From Octopus bimaculoides (taxonomy: Eukaryota): a stretch of 32,365 nucleotides of DNA. Within the stretch, counting starts at the first letter, position 1. Each line of letters opens with the position of its first letter. The position numbers and the translations under genes are program-made. Below, in pieces: positions 31,950 to 32,365 of the stretch. The DNA lies in NCBI RefSeq assembly GCF_001194135.2, contig NC_068982.1, positions 5,848,352 to 5,880,716 of the forward strand, given 5' to 3'. The notes under the pieces were generated by a model. It saw nothing but the letters and a program-made list of their open reading frames with translations, ran no database searches and had not been told where the DNA came from.

Positions 31950-32365
31950 TACAAACTTCTTCAAGTTCTGTTAGCATAATTGCTTGGCAAAGACCATTGA
32001 TGTAGTTCTTGGTTCTGTCTTGCTATACATGGAACATCAGGCGATGGAAACAACATATATAAAGCGAGATGTTTTGACAGTGCTATTGGAAAAGAGTATT
32101 CTATATTCTTCAATCAACAATAATGCCTCTTTCTCCAGTTTCTCTCCATAAAGTGCTAAGTTAAAGCTCATTTCAAGATTTTCCAATGGTACAGTTAATA
32201 CCACCTAAAGAATGACATGCTTATGTTTGAACTGCGCCATAAGATGCAACATAATCAGAAATTTCTTTACTCAGACAATCAAGCGTTTTACATTTTCACC
32301 ATACCGCTAAAATCAATCTCTTGTGCATATGATATATATTTGTACACACACAGCCTGCATTATAT

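Larger units (their letters stand above)
31060..32252 (-). pseudogene. Possible decayed second helical-cytokine-like gene (CNTF/CT-1-like), interrupted by two mariner MITEs
   Basis: On the - strand, a 55-codon open stretch 32204-32037 (VVLTVPLENLEMSFNLALYGEKLEKEALLLIEEYRILFSNSTVKTSRFIYVVSIA) follows an AG at 32206-32205. A +1 frame continues MLFPSPDVPCIARQNQELHQWSLPSNYANR (from 32056). Downstream of the MITE block are several short frames broken by stops. The family resemblance is by eye only. Confidence 0.3.

Overview
AT-rich, repeat-saturated animal DNA with six assembly gaps. The SINE and microsatellite landscape looks like octopus/coleoid cephalopod; this is inferred from recalled repeat families, not from a search. 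The main result is a four-exon + strand gene that the ORF track largely misses: coding exons 5529-5535, 10669-10907, 12175-12270 and 13322-13687, all with GT-AG introns, intron phases 1,0,0, and a TATA box at 5452. It splices into an intact 235-aa ORF: MQDILKYCTVAAVLFALQCTIALPVTKVPVIPWHHPCTPSSQYTYEDIQHFIEGENATKLFNRLLEKTKETLDLVRNIRETMAKRFNETELLKDLRNLTVLNRSEIPEKRRYRGYLQNISTQRYSDHYNDLSKVAVVLEQVHKDENEEEMKNILDDLTNDNFSMQCELYQMMWIFNLATFDAIDRSFMPRNLREMGSTFKRYKRDFVFITEYENILQEHYSTYYSIKHQKNLQET. It has a signal peptide, six N-glycosylation sequons, two mature-region cysteines and four long amphipathic segments. I interpret it as a long-chain class-I helical cytokine (IL-6 family / Unpaired-like JAK-STAT ligand). 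A possible second, decayed helical-cytokine-like sequence lies on the - strand at about 31.06-32.25 kb, broken by mariner MITEs; this call is speculative. The rest is transposon debris: Penelope-like pieces, four copies of an RLE-type (R4/Dong-like) LINE whose 5' junctions all abut (CATA)n, Tx1-like LINEs, a CR1 LINE, a Helitron Rep fragment enclosed by foldback-type inverted repeats, mariner/hAT/piggyBac-type elements, about 18 copies of one tRNA-derived SINE, and many microsatellites. TE boundaries are approximate unless a target-site duplication (TSD) is given.
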